DNA from: Promethearchaeota archaeon
Lineage (GTDB): Archaea; Asgardarchaeota; Lokiarchaeia; Sigyniarchaeales; SOKP01
Reading direction: 5' to 3'
Assembly (NCBI GenBank): GCA_018238625.1
Contig: JABCSY010000043.1
Location: 1 to 24,000, forward strand
Length of the DNA stretch: 24,000 nt
The notes beneath the pieces were generated by a model. It made no database searches. It was given only the letters and a program-made list of their open reading frames with translations, and was not told where the DNA came from. Shown here in pieces: positions 16,858-24,000 of the stretch (positions are counted from its first letter, which is position 1; each line of letters starts with the position of its first letter). A program made the translations under genes and the position numbers.

Positions 16858-17466
16858 TCATTTTCTTATAATGTAGTCAATCATGCCTTGAGTAGAATCC
16901 CGCTCACTCAGATATTCCCTTCTGATTTGTTTATAGATAATTTTATAATCTTCAAAATATCTATCGCCTTCTTTATATTCGAAATAAGTGTGTGAAAATT
17001 GTTCTCCATTTTCTTCATCCATAAATGTACCCGAACTAATTTCTTTTCCAATTCCATAACTAGAATCGTCTATCGAAAGTAAATTCACATAAATTAATCC
17101 TTGCTTTTTAAGAACACGAAACATTTCATTGATAGCTTCTGCTATTTCTTCTTTATTCATATGAAAGATGGTATTGTAAGTGTATACAAATCCAAATGCT
17201 TCATTTTCATAAGGAAGTTTTCTCATGTCCCCCTTAGTAATGTTTAAGTTAAAGCCGTTCTTTTTAGCAAAATTTTCTGCATTTTGAATCCGCTCTTCTG
17301 AAATTTCGATTCCATAAGTTTCAAATCCATGGATTGCAAAAAGTGCGAGTTTAGGAAAGTTACCCCCCGCCCCACAATCTAGTATAGTCTGTTCAACTTG
17401 AGCATCATGTGTGTAATCTAGAAAATTATATAAAGGTGCTGGAAAAATCTTTTGAGTCATTTTCAT
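16858..17466 (-). CDS. SAM-dependent class I methyltransferase (Methyltransf_11/25-like)
   Basis: ILDCGAGGNFPKLALF (motif I), YGIEISEERIQNAENFAKKNG, ITKGDMRKLPYENEAFGFVYTYNTIFHM, EMFRVLKKQGLIYVNLL. Confidence 0.88.
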   Translation of the reverse strand: MKMTQKIFPAPLYNFLDYTHDAQVEQTILDCGAGGNFPKLALFAIHGFETYGIEISEERIQNAENFAKKNGFNLNITKGDMRKLPYENEAFGFVYTYNTIFHMNKEEIAEAINEMFRVLKKQGLIYVNLLSIDDSSYGIGKEISSGTFMDEENGEQFSHTYFEYKEGDRYFEDYKIIYKQIRREYLSERDSTQGMIDYIIRK

Positions 17467-17587
17467 ATCACTAATTCTTACTGTACTTAAATTAATTTGA
17501 ATTTCTTATTAAAATATTGTATAAAAGTCATAATTATCTTCGTGAAAGGGCTGTTTCACGATCTGTTTTTAAAAATAAAAAAAAAAG

Positions 17588-19315
17588 TTAAAATTTTGAT
17601 TCTCTATAAAATATCCGTATTGGTTCTTTCAAACCATAATGAAGCGTTAAAAAGCCCATGGCTATTGCAAAGATTGCTAAACTTGGCCAAAAAGAAGCCC
17701 ATGGGGCATTGTATAAATAGTTTCTTGCCTCACTGACATTAGTTCCTAATTGTACTAGCACTAAAGGATCGGAAAATCCAAGGAAACCTATTGCTTCGAA
17801 TAACAAAATATTGAACGCCATGAATAACGGGAAATATACAATTAACTTCTTTACGGTTAATTTTAAGCTGTAATTTCCCCTACTGATTATTAAAGTGACC
17901 CAAGGTATCATATACAGGGACATAATGTTCATTATGACTGAGATATTTCCTCCTCCCAAAATACTAAATGACATTATTATCAAAACTATGCTGGGTATTA
18001 TGAAAAGGATTACCATGAATCCCAATACCAATCCTTTTACCCACCTATGAACTTTGGATAAATAACCAAATAATATTCCTATCGCAATTCCTATGAGAAC
18101 AGGCAAGATACAAACTCTCATCGATGTTGATACACCATATGCCAATAATGCAAGTACATCGCGTCCAAATCTAGCTTGTCCTAAGGGATGATTAGCCGAT
18201 GGCGGATCCCAAGCACCCGCATAAATGCCAGTTGCTTCTTCTATAGTAAATGGAGTTAATATCTGTGGAAATATAGCTATTATTGTTGTGAATACCACCA
18301 CAGCTATTCCTATTATTGTTAATGGCGTTTTTAGCCGATAAAATATAAAATCTTTAAATTTTTGGTCTGAATCGACACTATATTGAGTACCTTCTTCAAT
18401 CATTCGCTCGGATTTCCCTAAATACTTAGTAAAAATTGGTGATTGGCTTTCCTCTGAGAAAAAAGCGTAAATTGTGTATCCTATATTCGATAGGAATAGA
18501 ATAATTGCGGGAAGTACGACTAGGATAAATACGTATGCTCTGCATAACCAATAATCCATAAGATTAATTGCAGTAATGAAAAGTCCAAAAAAACCATGTA
18601 TTCCGAATGTAACTTCGAGAATGAAAATACTTGCAATTAAAACGCTTAAATTCATAATTATCTGCAAGCTATTGGATAAAATATGTTTTTCCTCTGATTT
18701 CCTCAAATAATTAGAACGAACTTGTCTTGTCGTGAGAAATAAAGTTAACAGAAATAACACACAAGACGGTAAAAATGAATCTCCCACCGGGGGAAAAAGT
18801 CCCAATTGATAACCTAAAACGTATTGGAACCACATCCCTAAAGAAAATATCGGTATCGAAATACCTAAAATAATAAGGATTTGAATAAATACTTTAACCA
18901 ATTTATATCTAACTCTAAATGATAATATCCCTAGTAAAATACCTACAATTAAACCTAAAACAATCGGTAATATTGTAAAACCTAAAGTTACTGGAATCCT
19001 CTCAGTTAAAAGTTCAACTACAGTGCTACCTTGCGAAATAGCAATGGAGATCCCTAGATTTCCTGAAAAGAGCTCAGAAAGATACCTAAAGAACTGGACA
19101 TCCAAAGGTTGATCAAAACCTAATGATATAAACGCTGCATCATGTGCTGCTTGCGAAAACGGAATACCTTGAGCTTGTAGATATGCAAGAACTATATCAC
19201 CAGGCAGTAACCGAAGTAACTGAAAAAATTGAAAGCTCAGAACCAATCCGAAAAATAGTGGCACGATAGGGAGTAGAATAGTATAGAGTATGTTTCTAAT
19301 AACATCTTTTAACAT
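17588..19315 (-). CDS. Fused DppB-like/DppC-like ABC-transporter permease homologue (both EAA loops apparently missing)
   Basis: First half: RLLPGDIV...LGFDQPLDVQFFRYLSELFSGNLGIS..., DppB-like. Second half: DPPSANHPLGQARFGRDVLALLAYGVSTSMRV, DppC-like. The ORF-track start at 19471 is TTG; ATG at 19315 (MLKDVIRNILYTI) is more likely. Confidence 0.8.
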   Translation of the reverse strand: MLKDVIRNILYTILLPIVPLFFGLVLSFQFFQLLRLLPGDIVLAYLQAQGIPFSQAAHDAAFISLGFDQPLDVQFFRYLSELFSGNLGISIAISQGSTVVELLTERIPVTLGFTILPIVLGLIVGILLGILSFRVRYKLVKVFIQILIILGISIPIFSLGMWFQYVLGYQLGLFPPVGDSFLPSCVLFLLTLFLTTRQVRSNYLRKSEEKHILSNSLQIIMNLSVLIASIFILEVTFGIHGFFGLFITAINLMDYWLCRAYVFILVVLPAIILFLSNIGYTIYAFFSEESQSPIFTKYLGKSERMIEEGTQYSVDSDQKFKDFIFYRLKTPLTIIGIAVVVFTTIIAIFPQILTPFTIEEATGIYAGAWDPPSANHPLGQARFGRDVLALLAYGVSTSMRVCILPVLIGIAIGILFGYLSKVHRWVKGLVLGFMVILFIIPSIVLIIMSFSILGGGNISVIMNIMSLYMIPWVTLIISRGNYSLKLTVKKLIVYFPLFMAFNILLFEAIGFLGFSDPLVLVQLGTNVSEARNYLYNAPWASFWPSLAIFAIAMGFLTLHYGLKEPIRIFYRESKF

Positions 19316-19578
19316 TTTATTTTGCCTTTTTTTTAATAAATGAAGATAATATAATTCGTTAAGATACTGAAATATATAAATGTGATAGAACCAAATATTA
19401 TTCATATTTACTACAGGGTGACTTTTAATTCTAAAAGCGATGGAACCATTTAGTCTAGCACTTAAAGACAATTGGGGCGGAAATAAATTAGCAAAAGTAA
19501 TAATTCATCAAAATGATGAATTAGTTGCTGATTATTTAACAAAGATTTTCAAATAATTTAAAATATAAAAAATCTTAC

Positions 19579-20424
19579 TTACAAAGCTCCAAGAAAATTA
19601 GAAACATTTGAAGATTTAGGAACTTCAACATTGAAATAACTCTCAACGATTTCAAAAAGAAAATCGAGATATTTTAATTGGATTTTTACATTGTGAATGT
19701 TAGATAAATCTTCAATTATTTTTTTTGAATAAACCTTCTCTTTTTTTTTAAAATTTTTAACTATGTCTACTATCGTTTCAGATAATTGGTAAGCTTTTAG
19801 TAGTCCATTTTGTAGATATATTAAACTGGGTCTTGGCTCATATTCCTCAAAAAATTTCTGCACTAAGGCTCTTTCTATGCCTAATTTTTTTACATTGATG
19901 ATACCATCGTCGTCCTTTATAATGTCCTTACGGTTAAAAACAATAAAATCTTTATAACTTTCGCTATTATATTGATCTTCTGAAATGACAACAAGCTCAG
20001 TTTCAAAAGAATTTCTTGTTATATAGTCAAAAAACCTTTGAACATCATCAAACATAAATAGCTGGTCAAAAATTAAAACGATCTTTCTCTTATGTAATAT
20101 AGCTCTAATTACATAAGCGATTAAGGAAGCAGACAAATTAAGTTTGATTGAACTTACGTTAATTGAATCAAGTTGAGCGGAGTCTTTAGGTTCTATACTT
20201 TTTTCCGGAATTATCTCAGGAAGTTCTAATTGAAAATCTGCCATAAATGTGTCTCTTACCATGAAGTTCTTATCTATGTAAGCAACGAAAGAATGCTCGC
20301 AAATAATACCTTCCGCCAAATTTACTGCAAACACCCCTCTTTTAGCTTTTTCTATTTCCTCTTCAGAAACTTCAATAAAGCCTCTACTTGAACATGAGGG
20401 GCAACGAACTTCTATTTTCTTCAT
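19579..20424 (-). CDS. Uncharacterised protein with N-terminal CPxC...C.H zinc motif (paralogue of 15902-16720)
   Basis: MKKIEVRCPSCSSRG...IICEHSFVAYIDKNFMVRDTFMADFQLELPE; shares ISxSxKLNL..SLI...IRAI...KIV and LGIERA(L/I)VQ(K/N)FF with its paralogue. Confidence 0.75.
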   Translation of the reverse strand: MKKIEVRCPSCSSRGFIEVSEEEIEKAKRGVFAVNLAEGIICEHSFVAYIDKNFMVRDTFMADFQLELPEIIPEKSIEPKDSAQLDSINVSSIKLNLSASLIAYVIRAILHKRKIVLIFDQLFMFDDVQRFFDYITRNSFETELVVISEDQYNSESYKDFIVFNRKDIIKDDDGIINVKKLGIERALVQKFFEEYEPRPSLIYLQNGLLKAYQLSETIVDIVKNFKKKEKVYSKKIIEDLSNIHNVKIQLKYLDFLFEIVESYFNVEVPKSSNVSNFLGAL

Positions 20425-20578
20425 ATTTAAAAATCTTAATGATTGAAATATATTTTAAAAATTCCGATTAAATACGAACTGTAACTAATTTTTAATCATT
20501 TTAATATTTAAATATTAACTGAGTTAATAAAAATTTTTTGTTGATTTATATACAGTTGTGTTAATTCATTCAAATTTT

Positions 20579-21058
20579 TTAATGTCTAGAAATTTTTGCG
20601 TATTTTTTCTCAATAAAATTAGCTATTAGTAAGGAAACTAATGTGGCTAAATTCTCCGCTATTAAAAATGACATGATGTTGTTTAAGAAAATATAACATA
20701 TTCCATATGTACTAAAAAATAGAATAGTAAAAATAGGGAAAGTTATAGCTAAAGGTCTCACAATTGGAAAATACAAGAATTTTTGAATTTTCGAAGTTTT
20801 TTGTCGCGATTTACTAAATTGAGTTTTTAATTTTTTCGTTCTTTCGACTTGAGCAAACGATTCAAAAATAATAACTACTCCAAAAAATAAGGCTACTGTT
20901 GCTCCAATAGGGATTAGAATTACAACAAGATGATTACCTACGCCTAAAAAGTATTGAGCTACAAATATAAAAAATACCTGGAAAAGCCCACATGCACCGA
21001 ATAACATAAAAGCAATCGGTATATATTCCTTAGTTGACCAGCGAAATCTTATTGGCAT
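20579..21058 (-). CDS. Predicted four-helix membrane protein, function unknown
   Basis: Two pairs of hydrophobic segments (IAFMLFGACGLFQVFFIFVAQYFL / HLVVILIPIGATVALFFGVVIIF ... LAITFPIFTILFFSTYGICYIFL / LATLVSLLIANFI) separated by a basic loop. Confidence 0.55.
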   Translation of the reverse strand: MPIRFRWSTKEYIPIAFMLFGACGLFQVFFIFVAQYFLGVGNHLVVILIPIGATVALFFGVVIIFESFAQVERTKKLKTQFSKSRQKTSKIQKFLYFPIVRPLAITFPIFTILFFSTYGICYIFLNNIMSFLIAENLATLVSLLIANFIEKKYAKISRH

Positions 21059-21086
21059 TTTAATCTAATTCTTTTCTGTAATTTGG

Positions 21087-21158
21087 TGGGCCAAGGGAGG
21101 ATTGAACTCCCGACCTTCCGCACGTCAAGCGGACGTCATACGACTAGACCATTGGCCC
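21087..21158 (-). tRNA. tRNA-Val(GAC), intronless, followed by genomically encoded CCA (21084-21086)
   Basis: Reverse complement GGGCCAATGGTCTAGTCGTATGACGTCCGCTTGACGTGCGGAAGGTCGGGAGTTCAATCCTCCCTTGGCCCA, 72 nt: acceptor GGGCCAA/TTGGCCC, anticodon stem TCCGC/GCGGA with loop TTGACGT, T-arm GGGAG-TTCAATC-CTCCC. Confidence 0.95.
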
Positions 21159-21322
21159 ATGTTTAATTTATATATAAAAATATTAAACTTAGAGATAAGT
21201 ATTTTATATTATTAAAAAATAAATATTTTATTAAATTTGCTGATGCTTGGCATTTTTAATTTAATATTAGAGAATTCACTTCATGGCTTAAAATAAGTAA
21301 GCAAAAAAAATTAAAAAAATTA

Positions 21323-22546
21323 TTATTTTAATGGTTTTTTTTCTCTTAGAGCTCTTACCATTGGTACGTCCTTTCCTGATAATATTTCTAACAACGCACC
21401 TCCACCCGTAGAAATAAATGAAACATCCTTTGCATATCCTGACATTTCTGCTGCAGTTCCCATTTCGCCGCCTCCAATTACGGCAAGCGCACCCCCTGTT
21501 TTAGCAGCTTCAGCCATTGCTTCGACCATATCAAAGGTTCCCTTTCTAAATACTTCTTTTTCAAATATTCCTGGTGGCCCGTTAGCGATGATAGTTTTAG
21601 CTTTAATGATTATACTTTTGAATTTTTCCGCAGTTTTAGGTCCAATATCACCAGTTACGGCGTTATATTTCTTTAATTCGTCGATATTAATTGCTTTTCT
21701 GTTGCCATTATCGTCAATTACCAAGTCTTTTGGTAAAATTATCTTATCTTTGAATTTTTCGTAAGTTTCTTTAATGTCCTCTTTTGCTTTGTCTAAATCT
21801 TTTGCTATTGCCGCCTTATTAGGTTCCCCAGTTTCGATTCCTATAGCTTCCATAATTAAGATTGCCGTTAAACCGGAGCAAAGTGCGTAATCAAGTTTTT
21901 CGTTCTCAAAATTAAATTTCATAGCCTTAAATTTATCTATTGCTTTCGCCCCTCCAATAAGCATGACCATAGGTTTTTCCGGGCTTTCTATTATTTTACT
22001 CATGTATTTAAATTCTTTAACTGTTGTAGGACCTGCAAGTAAAGTAGGCCATCCAATTATCGAGGGTTGTGCTCTATGGGCCGCACCAAACGCATCTGCG
22101 ATGAAATAATCGAATAATGGCGCAAGAGTTTGAATCATTTCTAATTCTTCAGCTTCGGAGAAATCTTTAAACTGTTTAGTTTCAAACTCCCAGGTTCGCA
22201 CATTATTAAGAACTAAAACTTCGCCTATTTTGAGATCTTTTATAGCATGAATCGCCTTTTCTCCAAAAACATCTTCTACATACTTTACAGGACGATCTAA
22301 TAGTTTCCGTATTTCTTCGGCATGCATTTCCAAAGAAGTAAAATCTTTAGCTCCTGGACGAGATTGGTGTGCCATAATTACCACAGCACTATCTTTTAAT
22401 TCTTCTAATGACGGAATTAAAGCGTGAATACGAGGTGATTCGCGAATTCTATTGTTTTCAATGTCGATATTAGAGTTGATATCGACTCTCATCAAAACTT
22501 TTTTTCCTTTTAAATCAACATCTTTATACGATTTATAATCAAACAT
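21323..22546 (-). CDS. pgk: Phosphoglycerate kinase
   Basis: GKKVLMRVDINSNID, VVIMAHQSRPG, LLNNVRTWEFE, DYFIADAFGAAHRAQPSI, GGAKAIDKF, IIANGPPGIFE and GGGEMGTAAE...STGGGALLEILSGK. Confidence 0.95.
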   Translation of the reverse strand: MFDYKSYKDVDLKGKKVLMRVDINSNIDIENNRIRESPRIHALIPSLEELKDSAVVIMAHQSRPGAKDFTSLEMHAEEIRKLLDRPVKYVEDVFGEKAIHAIKDLKIGEVLVLNNVRTWEFETKQFKDFSEAEELEMIQTLAPLFDYFIADAFGAAHRAQPSIIGWPTLLAGPTTVKEFKYMSKIIESPEKPMVMLIGGAKAIDKFKAMKFNFENEKLDYALCSGLTAILIMEAIGIETGEPNKAAIAKDLDKAKEDIKETYEKFKDKIILPKDLVIDDNGNRKAINIDELKKYNAVTGDIGPKTAEKFKSIIIKAKTIIANGPPGIFEKEVFRKGTFDMVEAMAEAAKTGGALAVIGGGEMGTAAEMSGYAKDVSFISTGGGALLEILSGKDVPMVRALREKKPLK

Positions 22547-22684
22547 TTAGAACCACTTTTAATGGATATAATTATAGTATTGATTAATATCAAAAAAAGT
22601 TTGATTAGTTAATATTGTTTTTTAAAAACCTAAATTTTTGCTAAATTCTAAAATAATAGTAATAATGAGATTTGAGATAATTAT

Positions 22685-23551
22685 TTAGTTCCTTTTCCTT
22701 CTTTTTAGCCATATTACTACACCGCTTATTATTGCTATATACGCCAAGCCATTAAGAATGACCATAAAAACGATTCCAAAGACATCTTCGGATGTTGGGC
22801 CGTAATATATAATTCCTACATATATCGATTCAACTTTTCCTTTATTCCATTCGAATAAAGCACTTTGCCCTCCTTGAATATCTGAAATTTGCAGATCCAC
22901 ATCAATCCCCCCACTATATATAGGAAGCTTACCAAATACTTTAAACTCTACTCTTTGCGTTAGATTTCCTTTCCAAACCCTTGCAGTTTCTAAATAATAC
23001 GCCATGTAGAATAAATTCCGAAAACCTAACGGTTTAGGTATTGAACCGCTGAATTGATAATTAATAATGTAAGAATTGTTTTCTAAAAGGGTTAAATTGG
23101 AAGTAATTAAAGTTATTGGGCAATGGACGACAAATCTGGATAAGAAATCAAGATTTATTCCCGTACTAGTTAAGTTTTCTTCAGTATTACTTAACACTTC
23201 GAAAGGGATTTGCGTATCGTTTACGGACACATCAAAAGTGGAGTTTTGGACATCCATACATAGCGAGAATGGTAAGATTAGGGTAAGATTCGTTGTATAT
23301 TCTGGGTTAAACAGCGTGTAATTTCCATTAAAATTAATTTCCATTTTGTTGGAAAAGTCTGTAGCATTCATGGTAATCATCGTGTTGATGTTTATTAAAC
23401 GAACGGTTGTGTTGGTGCTGGGAAAGATATCTGCGATAAATTGATCTGGTAAAGATGGAGGAGGGGCTGTTATATTAAGGGGTAAGACGATACCGTTCGT
23501 TAAGAGAAATAGGGCAATAAGAACGGAAAGTATTTGATAGTGTTTTCTCAT
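22685..23551 (-). CDS. Secreted/surface glycoprotein-like protein with signal sequence and C-terminal membrane anchor
   Basis: N-terminal MRKHYQILSVLIALFLLTNGIVLP (ATG at 23551), large polar ectodomain with 11 N-x-S/T sequons, C-terminal VFMVILNGLAYIAIISGVVIWLKRRKRN. Confidence 0.65.
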   Translation of the reverse strand: MRKHYQILSVLIALFLLTNGIVLPLNITAPPPSLPDQFIADIFPSTNTTVRLININTMITMNATDFSNKMEINFNGNYTLFNPEYTTNLTLILPFSLCMDVQNSTFDVSVNDTQIPFEVLSNTEENLTSTGINLDFLSRFVVHCPITLITSNLTLLENNSYIINYQFSGSIPKPLGFRNLFYMAYYLETARVWKGNLTQRVEFKVFGKLPIYSGGIDVDLQISDIQGGQSALFEWNKGKVESIYVGIIYYGPTSEDVFGIVFMVILNGLAYIAIISGVVIWLKRRKRN

Positions 23552-23765
23552 ATAATCACCTTGTAAATTCATCTAATGGGATTCAATTAGTATTTTTAAA
23601 CCTATCGTTAGATTCTTTGTAATATTAAAATAATCAATAGTATAATCAATACATTGGAGCTATGTTTTTAAATTTATTAAGACCAAAAGATTCTATTTAG
23701 TATATATTATACTAGTAAATTATTATGAACTGAAAGTTTGAAATGTTTTGAATTGGTGATTGAGT

Positions 23766-24000
23766 GTGGATGAGATTAGAGAAATTTTAAATAAACTGCT
23801 TGATAAGAAGTGTTCTATTGAAGAGGCAGAAAAAATGTTGAAGGCTAATACTATCGAAGAGGTAGGAGATTTGGCTAAGCTGGATGTCTTCAGAAAGTTA
23901 CGCACTGGCGTTGTTGAGGTTATTTATGCGGAAAACAAAACGCCTCAAATGATTATAGAAATAATTTATACTTTCCTAAAGAAAAATAAATTTGCTATTG
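23766..24000 (+). CDS. larB: LarB-like / AIR-carboxylase (PurE-type) family protein, N-terminal part (truncated by the window edge)
   Basis: Open GTG-initiated frame VDEIREILNKLLDKKCSIEEAEKML...LAKLDVFRKLRTGVVEVIYAENKTPQMIIEIIYTFLKKN matches the LarB N-terminus (D..R..R.G.PEV.....KT..Q). Not in the ORF track. Confidence 0.7.
   Translation, partial: MDEIREILNKLLDKKCSIEEAEKMLKANTIEEVGDLAKLDVFRKLRTGVVEVIYAENKTPQMIIEIIYTFLKKNKFAI

Noticed and set aside
17497-17736. 79-aa plus-strand ORF at the permease 3' end
   Set aside because: Overlaps the 3' end of the permease gene on the opposite strand; low-complexity Lys/Leu/Ile sequence without a motif.
19316-19471. N-terminal extension of the permease ORF to 19471
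   Set aside because: Uses a TTG start and adds a segment unlike a permease N-terminus; the ATG at 19315 directly precedes the expected DppB-like first helix.
19511-19531. Possible C/D-box sRNA (ATGATGA ... CTGA)
   Set aside because: Spacing between boxes is too short for a guide and no second C'/D' pair was recognised.
23723-23905. 60-aa minus-strand ORF
   Set aside because: Antisense to the LarB-like frame that continues to the window end, with Ser-rich shadow composition.
1-24000. CRISPR arrays, transposases, integrases or phage genes
   Set aside because: No regularly spaced repeats, no transposase or integrase motifs and no terminal inverted repeats with target-site duplications were seen.

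Overview
This AT-rich archaeal window is very probably from an Asgard archaeon. The basis is a compact ESCRT cluster at 10482-14183: an EAP30/Vps22-36-like ESCRT-II subunit, a Vps25-like ESCRT-II subunit with a long charged N-terminal extension, a Vps4 AAA ATPase with MIT domain, and one ESCRT-III protein with a MIM1-like tail. Other genes include a 5'-truncated SIS-domain protein, MFS transporter, GDP-mannose pyrophosphorylase-like protein, HEAT/LRR protein, CYTH protein, RsmB/NOP2-type methyltransferase, winged-helix protein, NIP7-like protein, MntA/HepT-type pair, PfkB kinase, phosphoglycerate kinase, sequon-rich surface protein, and the start of a LarB-like gene. The observations most worth follow-up are: (1) the ESCRT cluster; (2) a tRNA-Gly(GCC) gene whose cloverleaf needs two introns removed, one in the D-loop (15/16) and one at 37/38; (3) a possible stand-alone cloverleaf-like small RNA at 8957-9035, in a convergent intergenic gap, with a well-placed TATA box and a T-rich 3' flank; (4) a DppB-DppC-type permease fusion in which both EAA (ATPase-coupling) loops appear deleted; (5) two paralogous Cys/His zinc-motif proteins of unknown function flanking that permease and a methyltransferase. 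All assignments come from reading the sequence by eye; no database search or folding program was run.
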